Below the pieces are notes generated by a model, which worked only from the letters and a program-made list of their open reading frames with translations, made no database searches and was not told the DNA's origin. From a virus, in IMG/VR virus record IMGVR_UViG_3300047160_000952: a stretch of 44,221 nt of DNA; one strand, written 5' to 3'. The translations under genes and the position numbers were made by a program. The number at the start of each line of letters is the position of its first letter. Positions within the stretch are counted from its first letter, which is position 1. Shown here piece by piece: positions 1 to 7,580 of this stretch.

Positions 1-97
1 CTGCGCGCGTATGAAGCCGGCGTGGACGTGTACAAGCTCATGGCCGCGAAGCTGTACAACATCGCGATCGAGCAGGTCAGTGACGAGCAACGGCGCA
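1..97. repeat. Terminal overlap copy 1 (identical to 44125..44221)
   Basis: By eye, ctgcgcgcgtatgaagccggcgtggacgtgtacaagctc...gagcaacggcgca matches exactly at both window ends. Confidence 0.95.
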
Positions 98-735
98 TTG
101 CGAAGAACTTGGTGCTGGGCTGTGGCTACCAACTGGGTGGCGCCAAGTTCGTGGACTACGCGGCCAACGCAGGCGTGATCATCACTGAGGACTTCGCATT
201 CAAGGCCGTGCGTGCGTACCGCAAGTCGGTGCCGAACATCGTGGCGTCCTGGAAGGAGGTCGAAGCCCTTTGTGTCTTCGCCATCCAGAACCCGGGCATG
301 GTTGCCAGCGGGCTGAAGTGCCGGTACTACATGCGCAAGCACTGGCTGTGCATTCAGCTGCCGTCGGGTCGTGAGATTCGCTACCCGTACGCGCGCGTCA
401 CGCTGGTGGAGCGCTACGGCAAGCCGCACTGGCAGATCAGCTTCCGTACCGAGGTCAAGGGCTTCTTCCGCCGCGAGACCACCTACGGCGGCAAGCTGAT
501 CGAGAACATCGTGCAGGCCATTGCACGCGATGTGATGATGGAAGGCATGCTGGCCGCTGAGACCAACGGCTATCCGGTGTTCGGGACGGTGCATGACGAG
601 CTGCTGACGCTGCGCAAGCGGGGCACCAGCGACATCCCGTTCCTTGAGAAGTTGATCTGTCCAAAGCTGGCGTGGACGCGTGGCATGCCGTTGCATGCGA
701 AGGGATTCATCTGTGAGCGCTACGAGAAAGGCTGA
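1..735 (+). CDS. DNA polymerase I (family A), C-terminal segment; same gene as 42832..44221 across the circular junction
   Basis: Frame 1 is open from base 1. It carries family-A motif-B-like RRIAKNLVLGCGYQLGG and motif-C-like GTVHDELL. Bases 1-97 duplicate 44125-44221 in the same frame (44124 is divisible by 3). Confidence 0.9.
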   Translation: MRAYEAGVDVYKLMAAKLYNIAIEQVSDEQRRIAKNLVLGCGYQLGGAKFVDYAANAGVIITEDFAFKAVRAYRKSVPNIVASWKEVEALCVFAIQNPGMVASGLKCRYYMRKHWLCIQLPSGREIRYPYARVTLVERYGKPHWQISFRTEVKGFFRRETTYGGKLIENIVQAIARDVMMEGMLAAETNGYPVFGTVHDELLTLRKRGTSDIPFLEKLICPKLAWTRGMPLHAKGFICERYEKG

Positions 736-1009
736 CCGCTACGTCACGGAAGACGTGATCGAACGGCACCTGCTGCGTGAGGTCAAGAAGCTGCGAGGCA
801 TCACGTTCAAGATGCTGTTCCGTCGCGGTTGGCCCGACCGCCTCGTTCTTCTGCCTGGCCGTTGGATGTTCATCGAGCTAAAGCGGCCCAAGGGCGGCAG
901 GTTCGAACCGTTGCAACTGCGCACCCACGCGCGCCTGCGGGCGCAAGGGTACGAGGTGCACGTCTGTTACACGAAGGAGCAAGTCGATGTTGTCCTGTCC
1001 TATCTGTAA
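680..1009 (+). CDS. VRR-NUC domain nuclease (true start possibly GTG 755, after the polymerase stop)
   Basis: GWPDRLVLLPG...FIELKRPKGG...Q resembles the PD-(D/E)XK core of VRR-NUC proteins. The position next to an SNF2 helicase and DNA polymerase is typical. Confidence 0.8.
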   Translation: MACRCMRRDSSVSATRKADRYVTEDVIERHLLREVKKLRGITFKMLFRRGWPDRLVLLPGRWMFIELKRPKGGRFEPLQLRTHARLRAQGYEVHVCYTKEQVDVVLSYL

Positions 1010-1343
1010 ACTGGGTGGCCCGCGCATCAAGGTGCTGGTCACGCGTGGCAAGTACCGCCAGCGTCGGTGCACCAACTGCCGGCACAAGTTCTTCACGTTC
1101 GAGGAAGAGGTCTGCACCAAAGCAGAGTTCTACCTTGCCGAGATGACCGCACGGGCACGTCGCAAGGAGCTGGAGGCCGCTGGCCAAGCCCCTGAGAGAC
1201 GCAAGGGGCCTGCGCCCAAGCCACAAGCGGTCGCACCCCCGCCGCCGATGCCGGACGTGGCGCCTGCGGCCAAACTGCTGCCCACCGGCCACTACGTGCA
1301 GGAACTCGCGCCGGGAGTTCGCCAATACAGGATGAAGCTATGA
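987..1343 (+). CDS. NrdR-like zinc-ribbon protein without ATP-cone; Pro/Ala-rich C-terminus
   Basis: MLSCPICK...RQRRCTNCRHKFFTFEEE resembles the NrdR N-terminal zinc ribbon (CPxC...RRRxCxxCxxRFTTFE). High GC3 and overlap coupling to neighbouring genes support the call. Confidence 0.7.
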   Translation: MLSCPICKLGGPRIKVLVTRGKYRQRRCTNCRHKFFTFEEEVCTKAEFYLAEMTARARRKELEAAGQAPERRKGPAPKPQAVAPPPPMPDVAPAAKLLPTGHYVQELAPGVRQYRMKL

Positions 1344-1555
1344 CCACGATCACCGTCAAGACCAACATGAACGACCAGTTCGACGCGCTGCGCGGTGCCG
1401 GCACGCCCGACGATAACATGTGGGAGATCGTCAACAAGCGACTCATGGACGCGGGCGCCCCGGCCGACTGGGTAGCGCACGGCACGCTCACCAAGGTGCC
1501 GAACCTCGCGACGGGTGAGTGCTCGATCACGTGGAGCGACGATGCTGACGCGTGA
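1340..1555 (+). CDS. Hypothetical protein (71 aa)
   Basis: The ATGA overlap with the upstream stop, GC3-biased codons and dense packing support a real gene. Confidence 0.7.
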   Translation: MTTITVKTNMNDQFDALRGAGTPDDNMWEIVNKRLMDAGAPADWVAHGTLTKVPNLATGECSITWSDDADA

Positions 1556-2963
1556 CAAGCTGCGCGGCTACCAACGGCGCGGAGTCGACTTCATCAAGAA
1601 GCGGCACCACGCCGGCCTGTTCCTGGACATGGGCCTCGGCAAGACCATCACGACACTGACGGCCTCGGTCGACCTTCTGGAACACGGCGTCATCCGCAAG
1701 ATACTGTTGGTAGCGCCCAAGCGACCAGCTCAGTCCGTGTGGCGTCAAGAAGCGCGCAACTGGCAACACACGCGACGGCTGACGTTCAAGCTGCTGATGG
1801 GCGACGAGCGCCAGCGCACGCTCGCCATGCAGTCCAGCGCGCAGATCCACGTCATCAACGTGGACAACCTCGTGTGGCTGCTCCGGCTGCTGCGCGCCAA
1901 GGGCTACGGCACGCGTCACCCGTGGCCGTACGACATGCTCATCGTGGATGAGTCATCCATGTTCAAGACCGCCAAGTCCAAGCGGTTCTCGACGCTGCGC
2001 TTCCTGCTGAAGCACTTCCAGCGCCGGGTCATCCTGACCGGCACACCGACGCCCAAGGGATTGCTTGACCTCTGGTCGCAGGCGTTCATCCTCGACGAGG
2101 GCCAGCGTCTCGGTGATTCCGTGACGGGCTACAAGCGGCGGTTCTTCAGCCCGGCCGGGTACATGGGCAAGAAGCACGAGGCCGACGAGGGCGCAGAGGA
2201 AAAGGTGCTGGCTTTGATCGCACCCATCGTGCTGACCATGCGCGCCGAGGACTGGCTGGAGCTGCCCCCGACCATCAAGCAAGAGGTGTACGTCGACCTG
2301 CCACCGAAGCAGCGCACGCAGTACGCCAAGCTGCAGAAGGAGATGTTCCTGGAGCTGGAGCACGGTGACGCCGAGGCGTTGTCGGCCGCGTCGCTGTCGG
2401 CGAAGTGCTGGCAGATGGCCAACGGGTTCCTGTACCTGGAGGACGAGCTGGGCGAGAAGACGTGGCAGGCCATGCACGACGCGAAGCTGGAAGCGCTCGA
2501 AGAGATCGTCGACGGCACGGGCGGCAACATCCTCGTGGCGTACTACTTCAAGCCCGACCTTGCGCGCCTGAAGGCCCTGTACCCGAACGCGCCTGCGCTG
2601 GCCGAGTGCAAGAACGAGCGTGCCCTGAATCAGCTAATCACCGAGTGGAACCAGGGCAAGCACAAGGTGATGTTCATCCACCCGCAAGGCGCGGGCCACG
2701 GCCTGAACTTGCAGGGTGGCGGCAACACCATCGTGTTCTTCAGCATGCTCTGGGCACGTGAGCCGTATGCGCAGGTCATCGAACGCATCGGCGCCGCGCG
2801 ACAGACGGGTCTCGGGCGCGACCACGTGATGGTCAAGCACATCATCTGCCGCGACACCGTGGACGAGGTCATGCTGGCCGCGCAACGCACCAAGCACGCC
2901 GACGAGCGGCGCCATATCACCATGCTGCGCGACTTCCACGAGGTACAGGAACTGCTAGCGTAG
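1542..2963 (+). CDS. SNF2-family DEAD/DEAH-box helicase
   Basis: LRGYQRRGVDFI, Walker A-like DMGLGKTITTL, DEAH-like LIVDESS and C-terminal helicase motifs (GLNLQ, QVIERIGAARQ). The ATG at 1542 (MLTRDKLRGYQ) is preferred over the longer ORF start at 1515. Confidence 0.9.
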   Translation: MLTRDKLRGYQRRGVDFIKKRHHAGLFLDMGLGKTITTLTASVDLLEHGVIRKILLVAPKRPAQSVWRQEARNWQHTRRLTFKLLMGDERQRTLAMQSSAQIHVINVDNLVWLLRLLRAKGYGTRHPWPYDMLIVDESSMFKTAKSKRFSTLRFLLKHFQRRVILTGTPTPKGLLDLWSQAFILDEGQRLGDSVTGYKRRFFSPAGYMGKKHEADEGAEEKVLALIAPIVLTMRAEDWLELPPTIKQEVYVDLPPKQRTQYAKLQKEMFLELEHGDAEALSAASLSAKCWQMANGFLYLEDELGEKTWQAMHDAKLEALEEIVDGTGGNILVAYYFKPDLARLKALYPNAPALAECKNERALNQLITEWNQGKHKVMFIHPQGAGHGLNLQGGGNTIVFFSMLWAREPYAQVIERIGAARQTGLGRDHVMVKHIICRDTVDEVMLAAQRTKHADERRHITMLRDFHEVQELLA

Positions 2964-2989
2964 GACACTGGCGCAATCAGGAGGTTTTC

Positions 2990-3622
2990 ATGAACATCGT
3001 CGTATTACACAACCAAGCCACGGTCAAGCCGTTCTCGGTGAACGCGGTCGAGAAGTTGCCGCCGTACTACACCGACCCGCACGCACTGGCCGTGCTGCGC
3101 TACCAGCACAGTCCCTATACTGCGCGTCGTCGCGTGTTCGAGCGGGCCATCGAGATGGAGGCCACCAAGCTGGTCATCGTCATGGGTGGCGTGGGTCTGC
3201 TGCACCGCGCGCACTGGAACGGCAAAGGCCCCAGGACCGAAGCCCGGTACATGAACGAGGCGCAGACGCATGGTCTCTGGAACTACATCGACCGGCTGCT
3301 CGACCGCTACGGCCACGTCTACGTCCCGCCCATGGCCTGGATGCGTCCGTGGAAGATCAGGCCGAAACCTAGCGACCACGTCACCAGCATCAACAACCCG
3401 ACGCTACCGATGGTAGCCGGTTACCGTGTGAAGGCGCTGGCTGAACTGGACGACCTGTCCAACGTCGGCGTGGGTGAAGCGTTGACCAAGCGCGGGTACG
3501 ACAGCTTCACCATTCAGGATTACTTTTTCACAACCCCCGGCAACCTCGACCGTCTCGACGAAACCGGCAGCGCCGCAACCTGGAGCAAGAACTATGAACG
3601 TGCAATCTCTCGTCTCGCGTGA
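2990..3622 (+). CDS. Hypothetical protein (210 aa), first gene of the modification block
   Basis: A strong RBS (caggagg) lies 5 nt upstream of the ATG. Codons are GC3-biased and the 3' end overlaps the next gene by 29 nt. I recognise no family. Confidence 0.85.
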   Translation: MNIVVLHNQATVKPFSVNAVEKLPPYYTDPHALAVLRYQHSPYTARRRVFERAIEMEATKLVIVMGGVGLLHRAHWNGKGPRTEARYMNEAQTHGLWNYIDRLLDRYGHVYVPPMAWMRPWKIRPKPSDHVTSINNPTLPMVAGYRVKALAELDDLSNVGVGEALTKRGYDSFTIQDYFFTTPGNLDRLDETGSAATWSKNYERAISRLA

Positions 3623-4457
3623 CTACTCGAACAGCTGGCGCGACTTCGCGACCGACCTGTTCAAGTACGAGGACGCCGACCCAGGCTACCTGCTGCTGAA
3701 GCGCAGCGGTCTCGACCGCAACACGATGCTGCGGTACGTGATGGCTTGGTGCACGTACTACAACCCGGGGATCGCTGCCGTCGCGTGCCAGTACCAGGGC
3801 CAGAAGTTCTGGGACTACCTGTTCGCCGTGTACGCGACGGCCCAGCGCGCCAGCGAGCGCCGGCACTTCAGGGGCACGGCAGGCATGCAGGCGCTGCACC
3901 AGTGGTCGTGCTCGAAGCCCGAGGCACTCATCGAAGGCACCTACGGCCGCACGTACCTCGACGTGCGCAAGAACATGCAGGGCATCGCGCAGATGGGCGA
4001 CTACTTCTACTGGAAGCTGGCCGACGTGTGGGACACCGTGTTCGACATGCCGGTGGACTTCACCGAGTGCGAGAAGTACATGCCCAAGGTGCCGAAGCAG
4101 GGCGCGGAGCTGATCAACGCGTCTCTGGATCGCAGGTACTACCCAAAATACGGCGCGGATGGGTGGCTCGTGGATACGATGCGGCCCATCACGCAACACA
4201 TCCAAGGCGTGCCGTACAAGGGCAAGAAGCCGGGCGTGAAGCTGGCGCTGCAGGAGGCCGAAACCGTCTGCTGCGTGTTCAAGCAGCACGTGAAGGGCAA
4301 GCACCGCATGGGCACCCGCACGCTCAAGGCATACCGTCGACTGCTGTCGGTGCAGCACGAGTCCAAGAACGCGCGGAAGCTGCTGGACGGGCTGCACGCG
4401 GGCGGCATCTGGACGCCGGCCCGACTGGACACCGTGTTCAGCTTTGTGCAGCCGTGA
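3594..4457 (+). CDS. aGPT-Pplase-like protein (alpha-glutamyl/putrescinyl thymine pyrophosphorylase superfamily, non-clade-1), tentative
   Basis: It shares two blocks with ORF 32059..32871: QGIAQMGDYFYWKLADVWD vs HGIGSFIGGQIIADLKE, and PKVPKQGAELI vs VPGPGSKRGAALL. It is translationally coupled to the P-loop kinase and ThyA-like genes. Confidence 0.55.
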   Translation: MNVQSLVSRDYSNSWRDFATDLFKYEDADPGYLLLKRSGLDRNTMLRYVMAWCTYYNPGIAAVACQYQGQKFWDYLFAVYATAQRASERRHFRGTAGMQALHQWSCSKPEALIEGTYGRTYLDVRKNMQGIAQMGDYFYWKLADVWDTVFDMPVDFTECEKYMPKVPKQGAELINASLDRRYYPKYGADGWLVDTMRPITQHIQGVPYKGKKPGVKLALQEAETVCCVFKQHVKGKHRMGTRTLKAYRRLLSVQHESKNARKLLDGLHAGGIWTPARLDTVFSFVQP

Positions 4458-5035
4458 GCACGCTGGTCTACGTCCACGGCACCAACGGCAGCGGCAAGTC
4501 CACGCTGGCCCGCATGGTCATTGCCGCCGCTGGTGGGCAGACGGCCTACGACCGGCACCCAAAGCTCGCTAGGGCCGCGTCCACGCACACGGCTAGGGGG
4601 TTGGTGCTGCTGGGTCGTTACCGCGCTGCCTGCGGGGGCGTCGACCTGATTGCGCCGTACCAGGACGTGCTCCCCGAGATCAAGCGTCAGCGCAAGAAGC
4701 ACGAGGACATCTTCGCCGAGGGCCTGATCACGCCGGGCGTCCAGAGCTGCACGCAGTTCGCCATGCAGTTCGACCACGCCTACTTCATCCACCTGGACAC
4801 ACCAGAGGAGCAGTGCCACGCCAACATGCTCAAGCGCCGTGCGCGCATGGGCAAGGCCGACCAACCCTACGACCCCAAGAACATCTACGGCAAGGCCCGC
4901 AGCGCACGCAGCTGGGTCGCCAACTTGCAACGAAACGGCCTGAACGCAGTCGGGCTACAGTTCCCTGAGGCACGGGCAACCGTGTTCAACCTGCTCGGCC
5001 TGCCCGAGCCCACCATCGACGACATCCTGGAGTGA
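4454..5035 (+). CDS. P-loop kinase (candidate 5-hmdU DNA kinase or dNMP kinase)
   Basis: Walker A is GTNGSGKST, about 10 residues from a GTG start that overlaps the upstream stop (GTGA at 4454-4457). Only the last 193 codons of track ORF 3746..5035 look coding. Confidence 0.8.
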   Translation: MSTLVYVHGTNGSGKSTLARMVIAAAGGQTAYDRHPKLARAASTHTARGLVLLGRYRAACGGVDLIAPYQDVLPEIKRQRKKHEDIFAEGLITPGVQSCTQFAMQFDHAYFIHLDTPEEQCHANMLKRRARMGKADQPYDPKNIYGKARSARSWVANLQRNGLNAVGLQFPEARATVFNLLGLPEPTIDDILE

Positions 5036-6129
5036 CCATGATTCACAACCCGACGAACCTTCGCCAAGGCCCCTGGGGCTTTGGTCTCACCGTTGACAAC
5101 GTCAACGAAGCCCTGCCGATGGGACTGCAGCTCGTGCAGCAGGTCGGTGTCCCGCGTTCGTCGCGCGGCATCGACACCATCAAGGTGCCCGGCCCGGTCA
5201 GTACCATCTACCGCACCCCGACGCGTCGCGTGCTGTTCGACGAGCAGCGCGATGCCAACCCGTTCTTCCACCTGATGGAGTCCCTCTGGATCCTCGGCGG
5301 CAGCAACAAGGGCGACCTCCCGTTCCACTACCTCGCACGGTACAAGGACTTCAGCGACGACGGCGTGACGCTGCACGGCGCCTACGGTGCACGCTTGCGC
5401 GCGTGGCCCAACGAGCACTCGTGGGACGGCAAAATCGACCAGCTGCTGGGAGTCATCGACCTGCTCCGCAGCAAACCCGACAGCCGGCAGGCGGTCGTGA
5501 GCATTTGGGATCCGAATCGCGACCTGGGCACCGTGACCAAGGACATGCCGTGCAACGACATGGTCATGTTCGCCATCGAGGACGGCATGCTCGACATGCA
5601 AGTGAACAACCGCAGCAACGACGTGATCTGGGGCGCCTACGGTGCCAACGCGGTGCAGTTCAGCATGCTGCACGAGATCGTCGCCATCGCCTGCGGCGTC
5701 GAGATCGGCTACTACGTCCAGAACAGCTGGAACTACCACGTCTACCCGAGCAACCCGTTCTGGCAGAAGTTCCTGGCCGGCGAGCACGACCACGGCGACA
5801 AAGTCAATCCGTACATGTCGGCCGACACGCAACCGTACGCGCTGGCCACGTCGCCGGCCGACGCGCTGATGTTCCTGGAGGACTGCCGCTTCCTGTGCGA
5901 CTGGTTCGAGAGCGACCCGGCGCTGCGCGCACCCAGCAAGGTCGAGGCCCTGCCGTTCAGAACGACGTACTTCAACAAGGTCGTCGTCCCGACGATGGCC
6001 GCGTACGAGGCATTCAAGGACAAGAACTGGGACAAGGCCATCCGCTGGGCGCAGGAAGTCGAGGCCAATGACTGGTCGGCCGCGATGACCCAGTGGCTCG
6101 TGCGTCGCATGGTGAAGGCGCAAGCATGA
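5032..6129 (+). CDS. Thymidylate synthase-fold enzyme (candidate dUMP hydroxymethylase)
   Basis: TS-family motifs are RDANPFFHLMESLWILGG, HGAYGARLR, DQLLGVIDLLRSKPDSRQAVVSIWDP, catalytic-Cys context MPCNDMV and NNRSNDVIWGAYGANAVQF. There is a C-terminal extension of about 100 aa. The GTGA overlap at 5032-5035 couples it to the kinase. Confidence 0.9.
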   Translation: MTMIHNPTNLRQGPWGFGLTVDNVNEALPMGLQLVQQVGVPRSSRGIDTIKVPGPVSTIYRTPTRRVLFDEQRDANPFFHLMESLWILGGSNKGDLPFHYLARYKDFSDDGVTLHGAYGARLRAWPNEHSWDGKIDQLLGVIDLLRSKPDSRQAVVSIWDPNRDLGTVTKDMPCNDMVMFAIEDGMLDMQVNNRSNDVIWGAYGANAVQFSMLHEIVAIACGVEIGYYVQNSWNYHVYPSNPFWQKFLAGEHDHGDKVNPYMSADTQPYALATSPADALMFLEDCRFLCDWFESDPALRAPSKVEALPFRTTYFNKVVVPTMAAYEAFKDKNWDKAIRWAQEVEANDWSAAMTQWLVRRMVKAQA

Positions 6130-6701
6130 TGTCCGAGTACACCGAAGCCAAGCTGTACCGGGACGCTGGCGCCGTCAAGCGGTTCCACGTCCTGCGCACG
6201 CACCGCGCGCAGTCGGTCGCCGAGCACTCGTTCGGCATGCTGATGCTCCTGAAGCAGGTCATGGAGGCCGGCTTCTGGACGACGCGCGACCAGCTCGAGA
6301 CGTACCACCGCGTCATGCATCACGACCTGCCGGAGTTCTACACGGGCGACATCCCCGGCCCCATCAAGCGTGCGCACCCAGCGCTGGGGCCGCTGCTGGA
6401 CGAGATCGAAGAAGACCTCGCGCCGCTGTACCGCCCCGAAGACACGGACACGGTCATGCACGGCGAGATCACCGCGCTGGTCAAGTGGGCCGACCGCATG
6501 GAGGGCGCGCTGTGGGCCATGGAAGAGCTGCGCATGGGCAACCTGAACATGCGGCCCGTGGTCGAGCGCTACCTGGGCTGGATGACCGCAGCCCGTATCC
6601 CTGACTGCGCGAACGCCTTGACCAAGGAAGTCGTGCAGATCGTCGTCGACGAGTTCGGCATCTTGCCCGCAACGGGCGCAACCCTGGAGATGAAGTCGTG
6701 A
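6126..6701 (+). CDS. HD-domain phosphohydrolase, YfbR-like 5'-deoxynucleotidase
   Basis: RFHVLRTHRAQSVAEHS ... HHDLPEFYTGDIPGPIK matches the YfbR pattern (R..R..E.V.EHS ... HD..E..TGD.P.P.K). An ATGA overlap at 6126-6129 couples it to the upstream gene. Confidence 0.85.
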   Translation: MMSEYTEAKLYRDAGAVKRFHVLRTHRAQSVAEHSFGMLMLLKQVMEAGFWTTRDQLETYHRVMHHDLPEFYTGDIPGPIKRAHPALGPLLDEIEEDLAPLYRPEDTDTVMHGEITALVKWADRMEGALWAMEELRMGNLNMRPVVERYLGWMTAARIPDCANALTKEVVQIVVDEFGILPATGATLEMKS

Positions 6702-7243
6702 GCCACGCCAACGCCCGCCAAGTCGGCGGCAATCACTACGTCGGTGCCGTGCAGCACTGGGACATCGCGGCCCTGTACGAGCTGGGCTACTACGAGGGCC
6801 AGATCACCAAGTACATCGCTCGCCACGCCAAGAAGAACAAGCAGCAGGACGTGGAGAAGGCGCTGCACTTCCTCGAGAAGCTGATCGAGCTGCACGTCCA
6901 CGGCAACAAGGCCCCGCAGCACCTGGACTACCCCAACCTGCCCGGCCGCGACCAGGAGAACCGCAACCCGGTGCAGGCGTTCTGCGCGCAAGCGAATCTC
7001 CCCAGCGACGAGACCATGGTCATCAACAAGATGTGCCTATGGCGCAACCACCTCGACCTCATCCGTGTCCGCACGCTGATCCAGGCCATCCTCGGCGGCT
7101 ACGCGCTGGGAGGCCGCGCGCACGAGAAGGTGTGGTTCGACGAGACGGTCGACGACGGCTCGCACCCGCAGGCCCAGGGCTACGTAAACCAGGACGGCCC
7201 AGAAGGCTGGGGCATGCACCCCGACAACCGCGAGGGCGTGTGA
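6698..7243 (+). CDS. DUF3310-family protein
   Basis: QVGGNHY....WDI......GQITKYIARHAKKNKQQDVEKALHFLEKL matches the DUF3310 signature (GG.HY ... KY..R...K...D..KA..YL). The start is a GTGA overlap. Confidence 0.8.
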   Translation: MSHANARQVGGNHYVGAVQHWDIAALYELGYYEGQITKYIARHAKKNKQQDVEKALHFLEKLIELHVHGNKAPQHLDYPNLPGRDQENRNPVQAFCAQANLPSDETMVINKMCLWRNHLDLIRVRTLIQAILGGYALGGRAHEKVWFDETVDDGSHPQAQGYVNQDGPEGWGMHPDNREGV

Positions 7244-7497
7244 GCAAGACGGTGCACGCCAAGCCCCTCCGTTCGCAGAGGTACTGGACGCGGCACCGTC
7301 TCCAGAAGTGCATGTGCGGGGGCTACTGGTTCCCGCACCGTCGCGGGAGCGGCGCCTGCGACTTCTCGCCGTACCGCGACTACCACCGGGCGCTACGTGC
7401 CGGCGTCCCGCTCGAAGAAGCCATGCTGCTTCTGACTGCCGACCAGCTGGACATCCAGCACCCGCTCAAGAAGACCCCACTTCAAGAAGGTTCTTGA
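7240..7497 (+). CDS. Hypothetical small Cys-containing protein (85 aa)
   Basis: The GTG start overlaps the upstream stop (GTGTGA), codons are GC3-biased, and a CMCGGYWFPHRRGSGAC segment is present. Only the 3' part of track ORF 7033..7497 is used. Confidence 0.6.
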   Translation: MSKTVHAKPLRSQRYWTRHRLQKCMCGGYWFPHRRGSGACDFSPYRDYHRALRAGVPLEEAMLLLTADQLDIQHPLKKTPLQEGS

Positions 7498-7523
7498 CGA
7501 CTCTTGAAGCCTCGGCGCAGAAT
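7494..7523 (+). promoter_or_regulatory. Sigma70-like promoter candidate (TTGACG-18-CAGAAT) inside a conserved repeat
   Basis: TTGACG at 7494-7499 and CAGAAT at 7518-7523. The surrounding ~75 nt are conserved with 35662..35735. It lies in the only sizeable gap of this + operon. Confidence 0.4.
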
Positions 7524-7580
7524 GAACTCACTGAACAACACGACGTTGCTCAGACGCAACATCAACCTTCGGAGTTCATC

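Noticed and set aside
3746-5035. 429-aa + ORF spanning the Pplase-like and kinase genes
   Set aside because: The first ~235 codons are an alternative frame of 3594..4457 (Arg/Gly/Ala-rich). The believable gene starts at GTG 4454, just before the Walker A motif.
4885-6123. 412-aa ORF on the - strand opposite the ThyA-like gene
   Set aside because: It is Arg/Val/Gly/Ala-rich wrong-strand reading typical of high-GC DNA. It has no recognisable motifs and is fully overlapped by a + strand gene with clear thymidylate-synthase-family motifs.
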